A program made the position numbers and the translations under genes. Under the pieces are notes generated by a model. The model ran no database searches. It was not told the origin of the DNA and saw only the letters and a list, made by a program, of their open reading frames with translations. A stretch of DNA of 64,000 bases. It comes from Scyliorhinus canicula. Taxonomy: Eukaryota. Location: contig NW_024055453.1 in assembly GCF_902713615.1 (NCBI RefSeq), positions 124,001 through 188,000 on the forward strand, written 5' to 3'. Positions 12,901-25,803 of the stretch are shown here, piece after piece (positions within the stretch are counted from its first letter, which is position 1; each line of letters opens with the position of its first letter).

Positions 12901-13850
12901 CAATGTGGGGCATGGTCGGAAATGGCGATTGCCGAATACTGCGCATCCACCACCCCTGTCAATAGATCCCTACTCAGTATTTTAAAAAATCGATCCGAGA
13001 GAATACCCGATGGACGTGCGAGAAAAGGAGAACTCCTTCCCTGTCAGCCTTCCAAACCTCCACGGACCGAACCCCACACCCCCTCCCCCCGTCCGAAACG
13101 ATACTACCCCACCTCAAACTGCACCCGCTTGTTCACCAGAATCGCGACCCCCCCCCTGGCCTTAGTATCTAGCCCTGAGTGGAATACCTGACTAACCCAG
13201 CTCTTCCTCAACCTAAGCTGGTCCGCTACCTTCAGGTGCGTCTCCTGCAACATTATCACATCCGCCTTTAGAGCCCTAAGATGCGCAAACACCTTTGCCC
13301 TCTTCACCGGCCCGTTTAGCCCCCTAACGTCCCACGTGACCAGCCTATTTGTGGGGCACCCCCCCCCCCCCCCCCCTTGCCGGTCAGCCATCCCCTTTCC
13401 TGGGCCTGCCCCCAGCCCCTGTCCCGTGCCTCTGTAGCCCCGCCGCCTGGCAGCGCCCATCCCTGACCTCTTCTCCGCTTCTGAAATCAAGTCCCTCCCT
13501 TGTCAGCCGAACAACCCCCCCCCCCCCCCCTCCCAGCAACAACACTCTGTAACCTAACCCCATCCCTAATCTGATTATAATGATGTTGGTCCTCATGCGT
13601 AACCGGCCATCTTGTCCGCTGCTGCAGCCAACACCCAGCTCGAGCCTGTCTTTTTGTTTGTTCCTTTTCAATCCCTTCGGGCTCTCTGTTCCAGAAACCA
13701 ATATAGATAACAACAGACCCTTGTTCGCTGTTTCTTCAAGTCCAGCACTGAAAAACGCAAAAAAAGTTGGGGGGGGGAAGGTCCGAATGTCTAGTCAGAG
13801 CGAGAGCCACCAAATGTGGGACCTACTCCCACATAGCCGCCACCGGAAGT
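9925..13850 (-). mobile_element. L1-clade LINE with degraded ORF2, ORF1 deleted
   Basis: APE endonuclease TWDVRGLNGPVKR..LQETHL; SDHAP; GKAPGPDGYP; YRPISLLN; DAEKAFDR; YADD; HMFWACPKL; 5' end cttccggtggcggc near 13848. Confidence 0.9.
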
Positions 13851-13889
13851 TTTCGAAAAGGTTTTTTTTTTCAGAAACATCAAATTAAT

Positions 13890-13961
13890 CACCCAACACG
13901 CAACTCAAAATGATGATCCTGAGATTAAAGCCTCATTATCTACCCGTTCAACTCCATGGAC
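13890..13961 (-). pseudogene. Highly decayed tRNA-Lys-like relic
   Basis: Reverse complement GTCCATGGAGTTGAACGGGTAGATAATGAGGCTTTAATCTCAGGATCATCATTTTGAGTTGCGTGTTGGGTG aligns end-to-end with tRNA-Lys. Confidence 0.55.
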
Positions 13962-14499
13962 TGTGACAAATCTCCCTCCACAGACGCTTACCTCACTATA
14001 TCCAGCCTAAGGAGCTGGACACAAATAAAGTCTCATTGAGATTTCAGCCCTATCACAGTTGGGATTTGGGAAAATTGTTGTCATAGAATCATAGAATCAG
14101 AATTTACAGTGCAGAAGGAGGTCATTTGGCCCATCAAGTCTTCACTGGCCCTTGTAAGGAGCACCCCACTTAAGCCCACGCTGTCGATGAATTATGTTTC
14201 TTTCTGTATGTTACAGTGCCACACTGAAATGCTTCGGAGAAATTTCGATCACATTACCACTTGCTGTGTTCCAGGCAACATTCAGACATGTTAAATGTTG
14301 CATTTTAGCATTGGAACGCCCAAGGGAAATGCAGGTTCCAATGCAGTATGTGAGACCACAGAGCTTTTGTTAGATTTAAACTCCCTGACCACAAAATCTT
14401 GAAGAATAGTTGTACATATGTGGGTTAAGTACATATGCACAATTGCTTTCCAATTGGTTGTCGGGGTTCCAATGGGCAAATATTAACTGATTGCACATA

Positions 14500-14900
14500 T
14501 CCATGGTGGGTCATTTACCCAGCATTCCTGGCAGTGGAGAAAGCCCCCTATCTACAATACAGGGGACCGGGATGCGTGCGCAGTCTCACACAGTTTGGAG
14601 CATGCACAGAGTGAGGGATGACGCTGAACAGAGGTTGGTTTGTTGCTCGGCCGCCGGTGAGAGGTGGCGGAGGGGAAGCGGCGGGTGGGTGGAGACGGTT
14701 CATTAACACTCAGTGTGGGCCACAAACCCCGAATAACAACCTGCAGGTCCCGCGGTTCCAGCTCCCAGACTTTCCCCCGGAAATAGGCCCAGGTTAAAGG
14801 CCACCATCTTCATTCCGTGGCGAACATGGTGTCTGAGGGGCCATGGTGGTGACGCAGAGAGTGGGCGGGGCTTCTGGGTCCTAGTGACCAGGAGAGAAAA
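14500..14900 (+). promoter_or_regulatory. ZNF promoter cassette type 2 / first exon
   Basis: tttacccagcattcc (ZNF143-like), tgcgtgcgca, gccatggtgg, gggcgggg; homologous to the reverse complement of 44330-44450. Confidence 0.6.
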
Positions 14901-15540
14901 TGATTGTATCGCTGATTTTGTTCTCGCTCTGCCCAGAACTGCATCCAGGCAGAGGCGAGGAAGTGGGGGGTAGGGTGGGGGATCTTGGAGTTGATGAAAT
15001 AAAGGGTGAGATGGGTTTGAATTCAGCCCAGGGAGGAGAGAATGTGTGCGGACAGGGATTTACAGCTTTTGGGGAAAAAAGACAGGAAAAATATTCCATA
15101 GAAACTAGACTTGGCTTTTCTGTGTTTCTGTGCTCCACACTTGTTGTGGAAAATTTTGTAATCTGCATTTCCAGGCTATTGGAAGGGGAGGATGACTGGA
15201 AGGAACATCATTGCAAGATCTGACAAGATTTATCCAGATCTGAATATTTTTTTAAGAAAGAAGGATCTGAATATCATTGGCCTTTGAATGTGGAAGGAGA
15301 AACGTTTGGTTGTTCTGTCCGTGGGAGAAGATTTCAAACACCAGTGTGTTTGGAAAAGAACCGACGCACGTACACCTGAGAGACAGTGTTCCAGTGAACT
15401 GACTGTGGAAAGAGCTTTAACCAGTTCACAGTCTCTAAAAAATCACACCATTCACAGTGAGGAGAAACTGTACATGTGTTCTCTGTTGATAAGATTTCAA
15501 TCGATCATCTAACCTGCAAAGACAGGAAGATACAGGCACC

Positions 15541-16017
15541 GTGGAGAAACTGTGGAAATGTGATGACTATGGGAAGGGATACAATTATCCATCCCGGCTG
15601 GAATACCATCGACGCTCTCACACTGGGGAGAAGCCGTGGAACTGTGGGGATTGTGGTAAACTATTCAATTCTCAATACCAGCTGGCAAACCATCAACGCA
15701 GTCATAGTGGGGAGAGGCCATTCACCTGTTCTCTGTGTGGGAAGGGATTTACCCAATCAGCCTGTCTCATGTCACACCAGCGAGTTCACACTGAGGAGAG
15801 GCCGTTCACCTGGTCTTCCTGTGGAAAGAGGTTCAGGCATTCGGGCAACCTCAAAGCACACCAGCGGGTTCACACAGGAGAGAGACCGTTCACCTGCTGC
15901 GTGTGTGGCAAAGGGTTCCATTGGCTATCCAGCCTGCTGACACATCAGCGAGTTCATAAACAACTGCAGGGGTTGGGTTCTGCTGTTATTTCTGCTGTTA
16001 ATCACATCCAGGATTGA
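15541..16017 (+). CDS. ZNF paralog A: ATG>GTG start, four fingers deleted, two fingers with Cys loss; possibly a pseudogene
   Basis: gtggagaaactgtggaaatgt versus atg in copy B; 335 bp shorter than copy B; ends [20 protein letters not shown]. Confidence 0.65.
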   Translation: MEKLWKCDDYGKGYNYPSRLEYHRRSHTGEKPWNCGDCGKLFNSQYQLANHQRSHSGERPFTCSLCGKGFTQSACLMSHQRVHTEERPFTWSSCGKRFRHSGNLKAHQRVHTGERPFTCCVCGKGFHWLSSLLTHQRVHKQLQGLGSAVISAVNHIQD

Positions 16018-16559
16018 TAGTCTGACAATACTGTGTTTGTTTTTGCTGATGTTAACAACCCTAAAACAAGCTGGAGTTTCATATACTGGAGATGTTGTCA
16101 CTGGTTTTCGAGCCTTGCAGTGTCTCTTTTTAAAAACACCATCAGCGATCAGAGCTCTCAACAGGATCCTGTTTATAATAAAATTCTAAACTTTTACTTC
16201 AACCTTAATTGACCTCCAGGAAAAGCAGATTACAAAATGTTTGTAAAATCTACAAATCAACATCTGAAAGGCTCCACTGACCAACATCTCCAATTATAAA
16301 GTGCTGATTAATTCATGCCGACAGTTCTCACTGACTTACACATTGCACACATTTCTGTCATCAAATTAAATGATCGAGATATGGGAAACAAACCAGTAAC
16401 ATTTTTCACACACATCAATAAAAGTTTCAACTATCAACATTGATATTGATGAAGTTTGGAAGGTGCTGAGTTGAATAATTTCTGACACAGCAGCAGCAAC
16501 ATTTGGTAAAGGTGGAACCCACACACAAACTGGTTTGAGACCCACTCAGTACAGATGGA

Positions 16560-16950
16560 CAAGGGCTGCTTCATTATTTGAGGAGTTGCGAATGGTGCTG
16601 AACATTGTGCAGTCATCCACAAACATTCCCACTTCTGACCTTCTGATGAAGGCAGATCATTGATGAAGCAGCTGAAAATGGTTGGGCTGAGGACACTACC
16701 CTGAGGAATGCCTGCAGTGATGTCCTGGAGCTGAAATGGTTGGCCTCCAACCACCACAACCATCGTCCTTTGTGCCAGGTACGACTCCAACCAGCGGAGA
16801 GTGTTCCCCCTGATTCCCATTGAGTCCAGATTAGCTGGGGCTCCTTGATGCCAGACTCGGTCAAATGTTGCCTTGATGTCAAGGGCAGACACTCTCACCT
16901 CACCTCTGGCATTCAGCTCTTTTATCCATGTTTGAACCAAGGCTGTAATG
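16560..16950 (-). mobile_element. CR1/L2-group reverse transcriptase fragment (duplicated at ~23305-23695)
   Basis: LDIKATFDRVWH...PQGSVLSPTIFSCFINDLP. Confidence 0.8.
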
Positions 16951-17130
16951 CCTGCAGGAAGACATCAATAGACTGATCAGTGGGCCAGAAAAGTAGCAAA
17001 CTGAGGTCAATCCAGAGAAGCGTGGGATAATAAATACATTTGGGGAGGACAAACACGGCAAAGGGAAAGAATATGAATTGTATGACAGTGAGGTGTAGAG
17101 GGACAGAACGGCATTAGAGTGCATGTCTAC

Positions 17131-18430
17131 AGGGACTTCCGGTGACGTCGGGCGGGAGGCAGCCGCACGTTGGAGGGCTCCCGTTCAGGTACGGTATTGT
17201 CGGGGTGTAACGCCCGGTCCTAAGGAAAGTGGAGGCAGCAAAAGTCAGGAGACAACACAGGAAGGGGAAATGTCAAAAGGTCAGCAAAATAACAGCCGTG
17301 AAAAAAGCGGCTGAAAGTCGGTCAGGGAGTGGAAAGGTCAACGTGGGGTCATAAAAGAAAATGGAGGCTGGAGTACCAGGGGAGGCCGCATTGGTTACGG
17401 CTGAAGAAATAACTAAGGTGATGGCCGTGGAAGTCAAAAGGCAGTTTACAAAACACGTGGAGGCAACGAGGAAGGAGATGGGGGCGGTTTTGAAAGTGCA
17501 GGTGGAGTAGATTTCCCCGGTGAGGACGGCGGTGGCGAGCGCAGTGGCAGAGGTGAGGGAGCAAGGCGAGGCGCTGAAGATAGTGTAAGAGACATTACTG
17601 CAGCAGGGTGATCAACTTACCTCGATGGGGAAGGAGATGCGGAAGGTGACGGAAATCAACAAGGATCTGTGAGGCAAAATGGAAGACCTGGAAAACAGTT
17701 CCAGGCAACAGAATTTGAGGATTGTGGGGCTGCCCGAAGGAGTGGAAAGACCGAGGCTGACTGAGTATTTTGCCACGATGTTGGCAAAGCTATTGGTGAG
17801 GGGGAGGATCCCTCCCGATGTGAGCTGGATCAGGCTCATCAGTCGTTCAGGCCTGTACCAAAGGCGAGTGAGCCGCCAAGAGTACCGACTCTGTGCTTCC
17901 GTAGGTACAGTGTAAAGGAGACGATCCTGTGCTGGGCCAAGCAGAAGCAGATGGTGCAGTGGGCTGGAGCTGGTATACACATATACCAGGACTTTACAGC
18001 GGAGCTGGCGAGGAGACGGGCTGCCTTCAAGCGGGTGAAGAGGGCACTGTACATTAGCAAGGTGCAGTGCGGCTTTGTGTATCCAGCGAAGCTGAGGGTG
18101 ACCTACAAGTTCAAGGACTTTTATTTTGGGACGGCGGAAGCAGCGGAGGAGTTTGCGAAGGCAGAAGGACTGTGGCAGAATTGAGAAATGGTCATGTACC
18201 GATGTAGCCTCATGACTGTATTCTTCTTTTATTTTGTTTCACTGCGTGCTGGTGTATGGGCTATAGGAGCCAACGTTGTATATATTTGGACAAGGGAAGA
18301 AATGGGACTTTCAGTCGTAATGTGGGTTCTTTGGGGTGTGGGTGTGTATGCGGGGTTTGTGTGCTAAAGGGGATCGTTGTTGATGTTAAGGGGATTGACT
18401 TTGTATTTGTTACCGTTTACTGCTTGTTGG
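17131..18430 (+). mobile_element. L1-clade 5' UTR plus degraded ORF1, no ORF2
   Basis: DLENSSRQQNLRIVGLPEG, IYQDFTAELARRRAAF, YPAKLRVT (L1 ORF1p motifs). Confidence 0.85.
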
Positions 18431-18515
18431 TGGGTCCCAAATTTGCTGGTCTGGGGCTTTTTCCCGGGAACCGTCGCAGGCTAATGGCTGCCATCTTGAT
18501 TCAAGGAGTACAGGG

Positions 18516-18778
18516 AGAAGTCTTACACCAGGTTAAAGTCCAACAGGTTTGTTTGGAATCACTAACTTTCGGAACACTGCTCCTTCCTCAGGTGAATGAA
18601 GAGGTAGGTTCCTGAAACATATAAAGAAAGTCAAAGATGCAAGGCGATACTTTGAATGTGAGTCTTTGCAGGTAATGAAGCCTTTACAGATCCTGTAATT
18701 ATCTGCAAAGGCTCACATTCAAAGTCAGACTTCTTACTGTGCTCACCCCAGTCCAACGCCGGCATCTCCGCATCATGG
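18516..18778 (-). mobile_element. Penelope-like element terminal fragment with inverted segment
   Basis: Matches the terminal region of the PLE at 37780-38500; 18650-18680 is inverted relative to 18695-18725. Confidence 0.7.
18559..18595 (-). ncRNA. Minimal hammerhead ribozyme motif (PLE-associated)
   Basis: Reverse complement tcac-CTGAGGA-a-ggagc-agt-gttcc-GAAA-gt-TA-gtga. Confidence 0.6.
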
Positions 18779-18809
18779 TTCAGGGAGTAGCAGAGCTCAT
18801 GTACGGCCA

Positions 18810-19510
18810 TCATGGTGAGGCAACAGGAAGTGGGTGGGGCTTCAGTGACCAGAAGAGAAAATGATTGAGTCGTTAACTTCACTCTGTCTGTACAAAGGTT
18901 AGAATTGAACCAAACCAGAGTAGAGGATGGGAGAAAACTGGGAGTGGAGGAACAGAATGGTGGAGATGGGTCAATGAGTCAATAATAATCTTTATTAGAG
19001 CCACAAGTAGGCTTACATGAACACTGCAATGAAGTTACTGTGAAAAGCTCCACCTCACCACATTCCAGTGCCTTTCCGGGTACACAGAGGGAGAATTCAG
19101 AATGCCAATTAACCTAACAAGCGCGTCTTTTGGGACTTGTGGGAGGAAACTGGAGCGCCCGGAGGAAACCTACGCAGACATGGGGAGAACATGCAGACTC
19201 CGCACAGACATTGACCCAAGTGGGAATCAAACACGGGATCCTGGCGCTGTGAAGCAACAGTGCTACCCACTGTGCTACCGTGTGCCTTCACGGCTAACAG
19301 TTATTCGATTCATTAGGATCAGAATGTTACAGACATTGAATATGGAAGGAGGAATGTAAAGTCGATTCTGCCCACGGGAAAAGATTTCAAGCATTATTGT
19401 GACTGGAAAAGTGCCGATACACACACAATCAAGTGAGTGTTCCAGTGAACTGACTGTGAAAAGAGCTTCACCCAGTTACAGAAACAGCCTGCAGAAAGAT
19501 CATACATAGG
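18810..19510 (+). pseudogene. Truncated ZNF remnant (5' module plus dead finger) with SINE at 18980-19285; duplicated at ~26020-26705
   Basis: agagaaaatgattg, gggagaaaactgggagtggagga, atggaaggag.., gtgactggaaaagtgccgatacacac, gtgttccagtgaactgactgtg. Confidence 0.6.
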
Positions 19511-21950
19511 GTAAGTCAGCGGGAGATATTTGGCAGATAAAGTATAATTTGGGGAAAGAGTGAAGTTGTCCCATGTTGGGAATAATAATAATAATTTAAA
19601 TCGAGAGACTGCAGAATACCACAGTAGAGAAAGTTCTGTGTGTCCTTGTACATGGACCACAAGTGTATTTATTACCTCACACTCCTCCAGATTGATCTCC
19701 ATTTGCTTCTTTGCTGCCCAGCTGATCAGTCTACTGATATCTTCCTGTAGTCTCCAACTTTATTCCTCACTGTCAACCACAAGACTGCAAATGTTTCAAC
19801 CATGTCCCTTTGTTAAAGTCTAAATCATTCATATATAACACACAAAGCAGGGAATCTTGTCCTGAACAATTCAGAACTCCGCTTGAAACAGTCTTCTGAT
19901 CACAAAAATACCTCTGGACCAATCCCCTTTGCTTCCTGCTGCTCCAGCTGATGACATTCCAGCATAATGGAAGTGCCCTGGTTTTCCCACGTGGAACTGG
20001 ATGTGTATTCCACAGGGCTGGGATGTGCTGTCATGTCTTTATTTATTTCATTATTAACTGACTGAAGTAAATAAACTTCAGAATAAAACAAATATTCAGC
20101 AGATACGCACCAATCATTATCCTGAAGTCACCGTATTTTTATAGGAAGTTAACTGTTTGCCAAACCTCATTATCTAAATGCCTCAGATTTTTATTTACTG
20201 AAAAATTCAGATTAGGTCACTGTTCAGTCACTTGTTATTTAGCTTCCTCTTCACCCCTAGATTTGATTTATTAAACACAGACTGTAATTAAAAGATTAAT
20301 TTCAGTTTTAAGCTATTTAACGAATTTGGTTTTCATTTATAGTTGATTCCAGCAGTAACCAGAACTGTGTTCAGTCCTCTAGCTGTGCACGAACAAGTAT
20401 TTTATGAAGTTTTAACATTATCTCCCTGCTCTTATATTCTGGTCCTGCGACAAGAAAGGCAAGTGTCCCAAATGCCTTCTGGACCACCTGATCTACCTGT
20501 CCAGCCACCTTCAGGGATCTGTGGATATGTTCTCCAAGGTCTCTCTGTTTCCCAACACTTCTCAGCATCATCCCATTTATTGGTCATTATTGGTCATATG
20601 AATTATGTTTCTTTCTGTATGTTACAGTGCCACACTGAAATGCTTCGGAGAAATTTCGATCACATTACCACTTGCTGTGTTCCAGGCTACATTCAGACAT
20701 GTTAAATGTTGCATTTTAGCATTGGAACGCCCAAGGGAAATGCACGTTCCAATGCAGTATGTGAGACCACAGAGCTTTTGTTAGATTTAAACTCCCTGAC
20801 CACAAAATCTTGAAGAATAGTTGTACATATGTGGGTTAAGTACATATGCACAATTGCTTTCCAATTGGTTGTCGGGGTTCCAATGGGCAAATATTAACTG
20901 ATTGCACATATCCATGGTGGGTCATTTACCCAGCATTCCTGGCAATGGAGAAAGCCCCCTATCTACAATACAGGGGACCGGGATGCGTGCGCAGTCTCAC
21001 ACAGTTTGGAGCATGCACAGAGTGAGGGATGACGCTGAACAGAGGTTGGTTTGTTGCTCGGCCGCCGGTGAGAGGCGGCGGAGGGGAAGCGGCGGGTGGG
21101 TGGAGAGGGTTCATTAACACTCAGTGTGGGCCACAAACCCCGAATAACAACCTGCAGGTCCCGCGGTTCCAGCTCCCAGACTTTCCCCCGGAAATAGGCC
21201 CAGGTTAAAGGCCACCATCTTCATTCCGTGGCGAACATGGTGTCTGAGGGGCCATGGTGGTGACGCAGAGAGTGGGCGGGGCTTCTGGGTCCTAGTGACC
21301 AGGAGAGAAAATGATTGTATCGCTGATTTTGTTCTCGCTCTGCCCAGAACTGCATCCAGGCAGAGGCGAGGAAGTGGGGGGTAGGGTGGGGGATCTTGGA
21401 GTTGATGAAATAAAGGGTGAGATGGGTTTGAATTCAGCCCAGGGAGGAGAGAATGTGTGCGGGCAGGGATTTACAGCTTTTGGGGAAAAAAGACAGGAAA
21501 AATATTCCATAGAAACTAGACTTGGCTTTTCTGTGTTTCTGTGCTCCACACTTGTTGTGGAAAATTTTGTAATCTGCATTTCCAGGCTATTGGAAGGGGA
21601 GGATGACTGGAAGGAACATCATTGCAAGATCTGACAAGATTTATCCAGATCTGAATATTTTTTTAAGAAAGAAGGATCTGAATATCATTGGCCTTTGAAT
21701 GTGGAAGGAGAAACGTTTGGTTGTTCTGTCCGTGGGAGAAGATTTCAAACACCAGTGTGTTTGGAAATGAACCGACACACGTACACCTGAGAGACAGTGT
21801 TCCAGTGAACTGACTGTGGAAAGAGCTTTAACCAGTTCACAGTCTCTAAAAATCACACCATTCACAGTGAGGAGAAACTGTACATGTGTTCTCTGTTGAT
21901 AAGATTTCAATCGATCATCTAACCTGCAAAGACAGGAAGATACAGGCACC

Positions 21951-22762
21951 ATGGAGAAACTGTGGAAATGTGATGACTATGGGAAGGGATACAATTATCC
22001 ATCCCGGCTGGAATACCATCGACGCTCTCACACTGGGGAGAAGCCGTGGAACTGTGGGGATTGTGGTAAACTATTCAATTCTCAATACCAGCTGGCAAAC
22101 CATCAACGCAGTCATACTGGGGAGAGGCCATTCACCTGTTCTCTGTGTGGGAAGGGATTTACCCAGTCAGCCTGTCTCATGTCACACCAGCGATTTCACA
22201 CGGAGGAGAGGCCCTTCAGCTGCACCGACTGTGGAAAGAGGTTCAGGCATTCATCCCATTCAGTAAACACCAACGTGTTCACACAGGGGAGAGACTGTTC
22301 ACCTGTTCAGATTGTGGGAAGGGATTCACTCAGTCAGCCAACCTGGTGGTACACAAGCGAATTCATACTGGGGAAAGGCCATTTAGCTGCACTTCCTGTG
22401 GAAAGAGGTTAAGGTCGTCATCTGAACTCACTGAACATCAGCGAGTTCACACAGGGGAGAAACCATTCACTTGCTCTGTGTGCGGGAAGAGATTCGCTCA
22501 GTCATCCCACTGCCTGACACACCAGCGAGTTCACACTGAGGAGAGGCCGTTCACCTGCTCTTCCTGTGGAAAGAGGTTCAGGCATTCGGGCAACTTCAAA
22601 GCACACCAGCGGGTTCACACTGGAGAGAGACCGTTCACCTGCTGTGTGTGTGGCAAAGGGTTCCATTGGCTATCCAGCCTGCTGACACATCAGCGAGTTC
22701 ATAAACAACTGCAGGGGTTGGGTTCTGCAGTTATTTCTGCTGTTAATCACATCCAGGATTGA
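21951..22762 (+). pseudogene. ZNF paralog B, 9 fingers with a 1-bp frameshift in finger 4
   Basis: ATG intact; frame switches near 22260 (tcatcccattcagtaaacac) between ORFs 21951-22412 and 22145-22762; could be an assembly indel. Confidence 0.7.
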
Positions 22763-23876
22763 TAGTCTGACAATACTGTGTTTGTTTTTGCTGATGTTAA
22801 CAACCCTAAAACAAGCTGGAGTTTCATATACTGGAGATGTTGTCACTGGTTTTCGAGCCTTGCAGTGTCTCTTTTTAAAAACACCATCAGCGATCAGAGC
22901 TCTCAACAGGATCCTGTTTATAATAAAATTCTAAACTTTTACTTCAACCTTAACTGACCTCCAGGAAAAGCAGATTACAAAATGTTTGTAAAATCTACAA
23001 ATCAACATCTGAAAGGCTCCACTGACCAACATCTCCAATTATAAAGTGCTGATTAATTCATGCCGACAGTTCTCACTGACTTACACATTGCACACATTTC
23101 TGTCATCAAATTAAATGATCGAGATATGGGAAACAAACCAGTAACGTTTTTCACACACATCAATAAAAGCTTCAACTATCAACATTGATATTGATGAAGT
23201 TTGGAAGGTGCTGAGTTGAATAATTTCTGACACAGCAGCAGCAACATTTGGTAAAGGTGGAACCCACACACAAACTGGTTTGAGACCCACTCAGTACAGA
23301 TGGACAAGGGCTGCTTCATTATTTGAGGAGTTGCGAATGGTGCTGAACATTGTGCAGTCATCCACAAACATCCCCACTTCTGACCTTCTGATGAAGGCAG
23401 ATCATTGATGAAGCAGCTGAAAATGGTTGGGCTGAGGACACTACCCTAAGGAATGCCTGCAGTGATGTCCTGGAGCTGAAATGGTTGGCCTCCAACCACC
23501 ACAACCATCGTCCTTTGTGCCAGGTACGACTCCAACCAGCGGAGAGTGTTCCCCCTGATTCCCATTGAGTCCAGATTAGCTGGGGCTCCTTGATGCCATA
23601 CTCGGTCAAGTACTGCCTTGATGTCAAGGGCAGACACGCTCACCTCACCTCTGGCATTCAGCGCTTTTCTCCATGTTTGAACCAAGGCTGTAATGCCTGC
23701 AGGAAGACATCAATAAACTGATCAGTGGGCCAGAAAAGTAGCAAACTGAGGTCAATCCAGAGAAGCGCGGGATAATAAATACATTTGGGGAGGACAAACA
23801 CGGCAAAGGGAAAGAATATGAATTGTATGACAGTGAGGTGTAGAGGGACAGAACGGCATTAGAGTGCATGTCTACA

Positions 23877-25635
23877 GGGACTTCCGGTGACGTTGGGCGG
23901 GAGGCAGCTGCACGTTGGAGGGCTCCCGTTCGGGTACGACATTGTCGGGGTGTAACGCCCGGTCCTAAGGGAAGCGGAGGCAGCAAAAGTCAGGAGACAA
24001 CACAGGAAGGGGAAATGTCAAAAGATCAGCAAAATAACAGCCGCGAAAAAAGCGGCTGAAAGTCGGTCAGGGAGTGGAAAGGTCAACGCGGGGTCATAAA
24101 AGAAAATGGAGGCTGGAGTACCAGGGGAGGCCGCATTGGTTACGGCTGAAGAAATAACTAAGGTGATGGCCGTGGAAGTCAAAAGGCAGTTTACAAAACA
24201 CATGGAGGCAATGAGGAAGGAGATGGGGGCGGTTTTGAAAGTGCTGGTGGAGTAGATTTCCCCGGTGAGGACGGCGGTGGCGAGCGCAGTGGCAGAGGTG
24301 AGGGAGCAAGGCGAGGCGCTGAAGATAGTGTAAGAGACATTACTGCAGCATGGTGATCAACTTACCTCGATGGGGAAGGAGATGCGGAAGGTGACGGAAA
24401 TCAACAAGGATCTGTGAGGCAAAATGGAAGACCTGGAAAACAGTTCCAGGCGACAGAATTTGAGGATTGTGGGGCTGCCTGAAGGAGTGGAAAGACCCAG
24501 GCCGACTGAGTATTTTGCCACGATGTTGGCAAAGCTATTGGTGAGGGGGAGGATCCCTCCCGATGTGAGCTGGATCGGGCTCATCAGTCGTTCAGGCCTG
24601 TACCAAAGGCGAGTGAGCCGCCAAGAGTATTGACTCTGTGCTTCCGTAGGTACAGTGTAAAGGAGACAATCCTGTGCTGGGCTAAGCAGAAGCAGATGGT
24701 GCAGTGGGCTGGAGCTGGTATACACATATACCAGGACTTTACAGTGGAGCTGGCGAGGAGTCGGGCTGCCTTCAAGCGGGTGAAGAGGGCACTGTACATT
24801 AGCAAGGTGCAGTGCGACTTTGTGTATCCAGCGAAGCTGAGGGTGACCTACAAGTTCAAGGACTTTTATTTTGGGATGGCGGAAGCAGCGGAGGAGTTTG
24901 CGAAGGCAGAAGGACTGTGGCAGAATTGAGAAATGGTCATGTACCGATGTAGCCTCATGACTGTATTCTTCTTTTATTTTGTTTCACTGCGTGCTGGTGT
25001 ATGGGCTATAGGAGCCAACGTTGTATATATTTGGACAAGGGAAGAAATGGGACTTTCAGTCGTAATGTGGGTTCTTTGGGGTGTGGGTGTGTATGCGGGG
25101 TTTGTGTGCTAAAGGGGATTTCTGGGTTTTTCCTGGGGCTGGGCAAGGGGGAAAGAGACCCGGGCGGGGGCCTCCACGCTGGCCGGTTTAAGCAGGCCAG
25201 TGAACGGGGGTGAGGTGGGGGGAGGGGCTGCGGCCATCGGAGCCTGGCAGAACAGGGTCCGAGTGGTCTAGCCAGGGTGGATAGTTGGGGGGGGGAAGGA
25301 ACCGAGGTGGGGGGGAGGATTTTTACAAGAGAAAGTGGAGGGGCGGAGTTGTGGGGGGAGGGGGGGTTTACAACTCTTGGGTGTCATTTACAGTACTCTT
25401 TTGGAGGTTGGATGGCATTGAGTGTCATTGGAGGGAGGGGGGGGGGGCTCTATAGTGGTGACCATGGGAGATTCCGGACTCCTTTCTCTTCTTTGTTTTT
25501 TTTCCCACCGTGAGAGAGTTTGTTTTATTTGATGCAGATATTGACAGGTGGGCCGTTGGTTGGGGTGGTGGGAGGATGGGATCATTGTTGATGTTAAGGG
25601 TATTGACTTTGTATTTGTTACCGTTTACTGCTTGT
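23877..25635 (+). mobile_element. L1-clade 5' UTR, ORF1 and G-rich inter-ORF spacer (copy B)
   Basis: Same as 17131-18430 but keeps ~460 bp that copy A lacks between gggat microhomologies. Confidence 0.85.
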
Positions 25636-25766
25636 TGGTGGGTCCCAAATTTGCTGGTCTGGGGCTTTTTCCCAGGAACAGTCGCAGGCTAATGCCTGCC
25701 GTCTTGATTCAAGGAGTACAGGGAGAAGTCTTACACCAGGTTAAAGTCCAACAGGTTTGTTTGGAA

Positions 25767-25803
25767 TCACTAACTTTCGGAACACTGCTCCTTCCTCAGG
25801 TGA
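25767..25803 (-). ncRNA. Minimal hammerhead ribozyme motif (duplicate copy, in PLE fragment ~25724-25985)
   Basis: Identical to 18559-18595. Confidence 0.6.

Larger units (their letters stand above)
14187..20588 (+). repeat. Tandem segmental duplication, copy A (~6.4 kb)
   Basis: Near-identical to 20598-29285 (initial offset 6411; e.g. ORFs 14291/20702, 14900/21311). Confidence 0.95.
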
